A stretch of DNA of 64,000 nt, taken from contig NC_086097.1 of assembly GCF_963921235.1 (NCBI RefSeq), forward strand, positions 43,960,001 through 44,024,000, read 5' to 3'. This DNA comes from Mobula hypostoma. Taxonomy: Eukaryota. The position numbers were made by a program, and so were the translations under genes. The notes below the pieces were generated by a model. It worked only from the letters and a program-made list of their open reading frames with translations. It did not search any database and was not told the DNA's origin. Shown here one piece after another: positions 61,709 through 64,000 of the stretch (within the stretch, counting starts at the first letter, position 1; every line of letters begins with the position of its first letter).

Positions 61709-61744
61709 AGTCCTGACGAAGGGTCTCGGCCTGAAACGTCGACT
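61709..61744 (+). ncRNA. Minimal type I hammerhead ribozyme, best-preserved copy
   Basis: AGTC-CTGACGA-AGGGTCTCGGCCT-GAAACGTC-GACT. Stem I AGTC/GACT, palindromic ACGT stem III, predicted cleavage after GTC at 61740. Confidence 0.82.
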
Positions 61745-62409
61745 GCACCTCTTCCTACAGATGCTGCTTGGCCTGCTGCGTTCACCAGCAACTTTGATGT
61801 GTGTTGCTTGAATTTCCAGCATCTGCAGAATTCCTGTTGTTTGAAGTTCAAATACAGAAACTTTTCTTCCTCCAAAAGCTGAATTAAATGACTTAACACT
61901 AATTGGAAGTTAGCTCTTCAAAACTAACCACATTAACGTTTCTATCAGTAGATGTATTAAGTTATTTCGTTTAACTGTTTTCACTTCCAAATTTTTTTTG
62001 CATGACCTTCCCTGGGTACAGCTCATTTAAAAGCTTCCTTGACAAGGCCAAATGAGGTAAAACAGAAAAGTTGGATTGCTGACAGCTTTTTTACGTGCTT
62101 ATGAGTGATCTATGAGAACACAATATTGACATCAATGAGATTGTTTTATTGATTTTAAACTAAACGTGCTAAACATAGTAAACATCTCAATTGAAAAGAT
62201 AGAAGGAAAAGGTATATGAAGAGCATACATCTTTATATCAAAAATATACATATTGTATTAAATTTTGACAAGTTGGGTTTCATGTTTTTGTTCTTCCTCC
62301 TTCAAAGGTAAGCGTTCGGCACGGACTAGAAGGGCCGTGATGGCCCGTTTCCGTTGCTGTAATTGTGATTATAGTTATATGGTTAAATAGGAGTGTGAAA
62401 ACTTTTAGA

Positions 62410-63250
62410 GCCATAGAGTTATAAGTCTATACAGCACAGACGCTCTACAGCCCATTCCAGTTGTCTAACTGAGCTTTTCCTGTTGGTCTGTGTTTTGTCC
62501 AATCCCTCCAAACCTTACCTACCATGTAATTTTCCAAACATCTTTTCAATGTTGTAATTGTACCCGCCTCTACTACTACATTTGGCAGCTCTTCCATACA
62601 CTCACCACCATCTGTGTGAAAAACTACCCCTCAGATCCCATTTAAATTTTTTACCTTCTTACTTTTAGTTAGTTTTGGACTCTCTGGCCCTGAGAAAAGA
62701 CCATAACTGTGAACTCATGTATTTATTAAGCTTTATAAGCTCCCCACTCAATTTCTGATGCTCCAGAAGAAAAAGAGTCCTCACCTCTCCAGCCTGTTCT
62801 TATAACTGAAGTCCTCCAATCCTGATAGTATTCTCGTAATCGTTTTTGGTTGCCACTAGTTTAATGACATCCTTCTTAAGGCAATCTGACAAAAAATGCA
62901 TGAATTTCTCCAATATGATCTTTCCAATGTATTGTTTAGCTGTATTATGACATGCCAACTCCTATCTTCAATATTCTGACCGATTAAGGCTAGAACATCA
63001 CCACCCTTTTGAACTGTGGAACAATTTTCAAGGAGCTAGGTACTTCCACTCCTAGATCCCTCTGCTCAGCAACACTTCCAGTTTTCTACCAGTTACTGTG
63101 CAAGCCCTGCCCTGGTTTGTCTTAATAAAATGCAATACCTTGCATTTATCTCAATCAAGATCCACTTGCCAATTCTTGGCCCACTGACCCAATTGATCAA
63201 GACCCCTTTGTAATCTCAGATAACCTTCTTCACTGTCCGCTATATTTTAA
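62410..63250 (-). mobile_element. Old CR1 3' fragment; a short CR1 tail also lies at 62307-62385 (+)
   Basis: Decayed similarity to the other CR1 3' ends in the window. Confidence 0.6.
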
Positions 63251-63349
63251 AAAGCTTACTTTGCACTGCAGTACAAGCTTGATAAGGCTCACTATTTTAG
63301 ATATTGTATCCTGGCTCTATCATTTGCATGTCCTTCCTGGCTGTGAGAC

Positions 63350-64000
63350 TATCCGAAAGGATAGACAAATGGTAGGGCAAAATTACAGTCTGTGAGATGA
63401 GTTGCTGTGTAACACGGGGACAAAATCAAAAAGAGTGTCAAATACGGGACTGAAGGTGTTATATCTGAATGCAGGTTGTATTCAGAATAAGGTAGATGTT
63501 CTTGTACCACAGTTAGAGATTGGTAGGTATGATGCTGTGGGCATCACTGAGTTGTGGCTGAATGAAGATAATAGTTGGGAGCATAACATCCAAGGATAAA
63601 CATTGTAGCAAAAGGACGTTTGTGGAATGCCTATGAGATGGCTTTTTAGAGCAGCTTATTAAGTCCACTGGGAGGAAGGCTATTCTGGATTGAGTGTTGT
63701 GTAATGAATCAAATTTTATTAGGGACCTTAAGGTAAAGGAATCTTTAAGAGGCAGTGATCATAATATGATAGACTTCAACCTGTAATTTGAGAGAGAGAA
63801 GCTGAAGTCAGATGTGTCAGTATTACAGTGGGGAGAGGAGTTGGCCAAAGTTGACAGGATGGGAACACTGGCAGGGATGATGACAGAACAGTAACGGCTG
63901 GAGTTTCTGGAAGATATTTGGAAGGTGTAGGATTGACACATCGCAATGAAGGAAAGTATTGGGAAGGCAAGATGAAGTAACTGTGGCTGACAGGGGAAGT
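63350..64000 (+). mobile_element. CR1 ORF2 endonuclease fragment running off the window
   Basis: LKVLYLNAGCIQNK…GITELWL and an SDHNMI motif. Confidence 0.8.

Larger units (their letters stand above)
59465..61842 (-). mobile_element. Penelope-like element, 5'-truncated, with inverted pLTR arm (about 61270-61842, plus strand)
   Basis: TSD GAAGTTCAAATACA at 59451-59464 and 61843-61856. About 540-bp inverted repeats (59463-60009 and 61271-61810). Confidence 0.95.

Overview
This is eukaryotic, repeat-dominated DNA. The CR1, Rex1-Babar, Penelope and V-SINE repertoire suggests a cartilaginous fish such as a ray or shark, but that is inference. I could not support any host protein-coding exon or RNA gene. 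Most of the window is nested retroelements: many CR1 LINEs (one with an uninterrupted ORF2 at 17330-20323, one full-length copy at about 46700-51087), Rex1/Babar LINEs, an L1 3' end, tRNA-derived SINEs and Gypsy remnants. Three things stand out. (1) A young Gmr1-like LTR element (5824-10677, minus strand, 4-bp target-site duplication or TSD) has one 948-aa ORF that keeps Gag and protease intact but carries a collapsed, catalytically dead integrase/RT mosaic in frame. (2) Penelope-like elements carry minimal hammerhead ribozyme motifs, and three insertions have a 3' end at both flanks inside a single TSD. (3) Two CR1 copies appear chimeric, with ORF1 swapped at the inter-ORF region. Several TE-free AT-rich islands may be conserved non-coding sequence. 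All boundaries and family names were read by eye; no database search was run.
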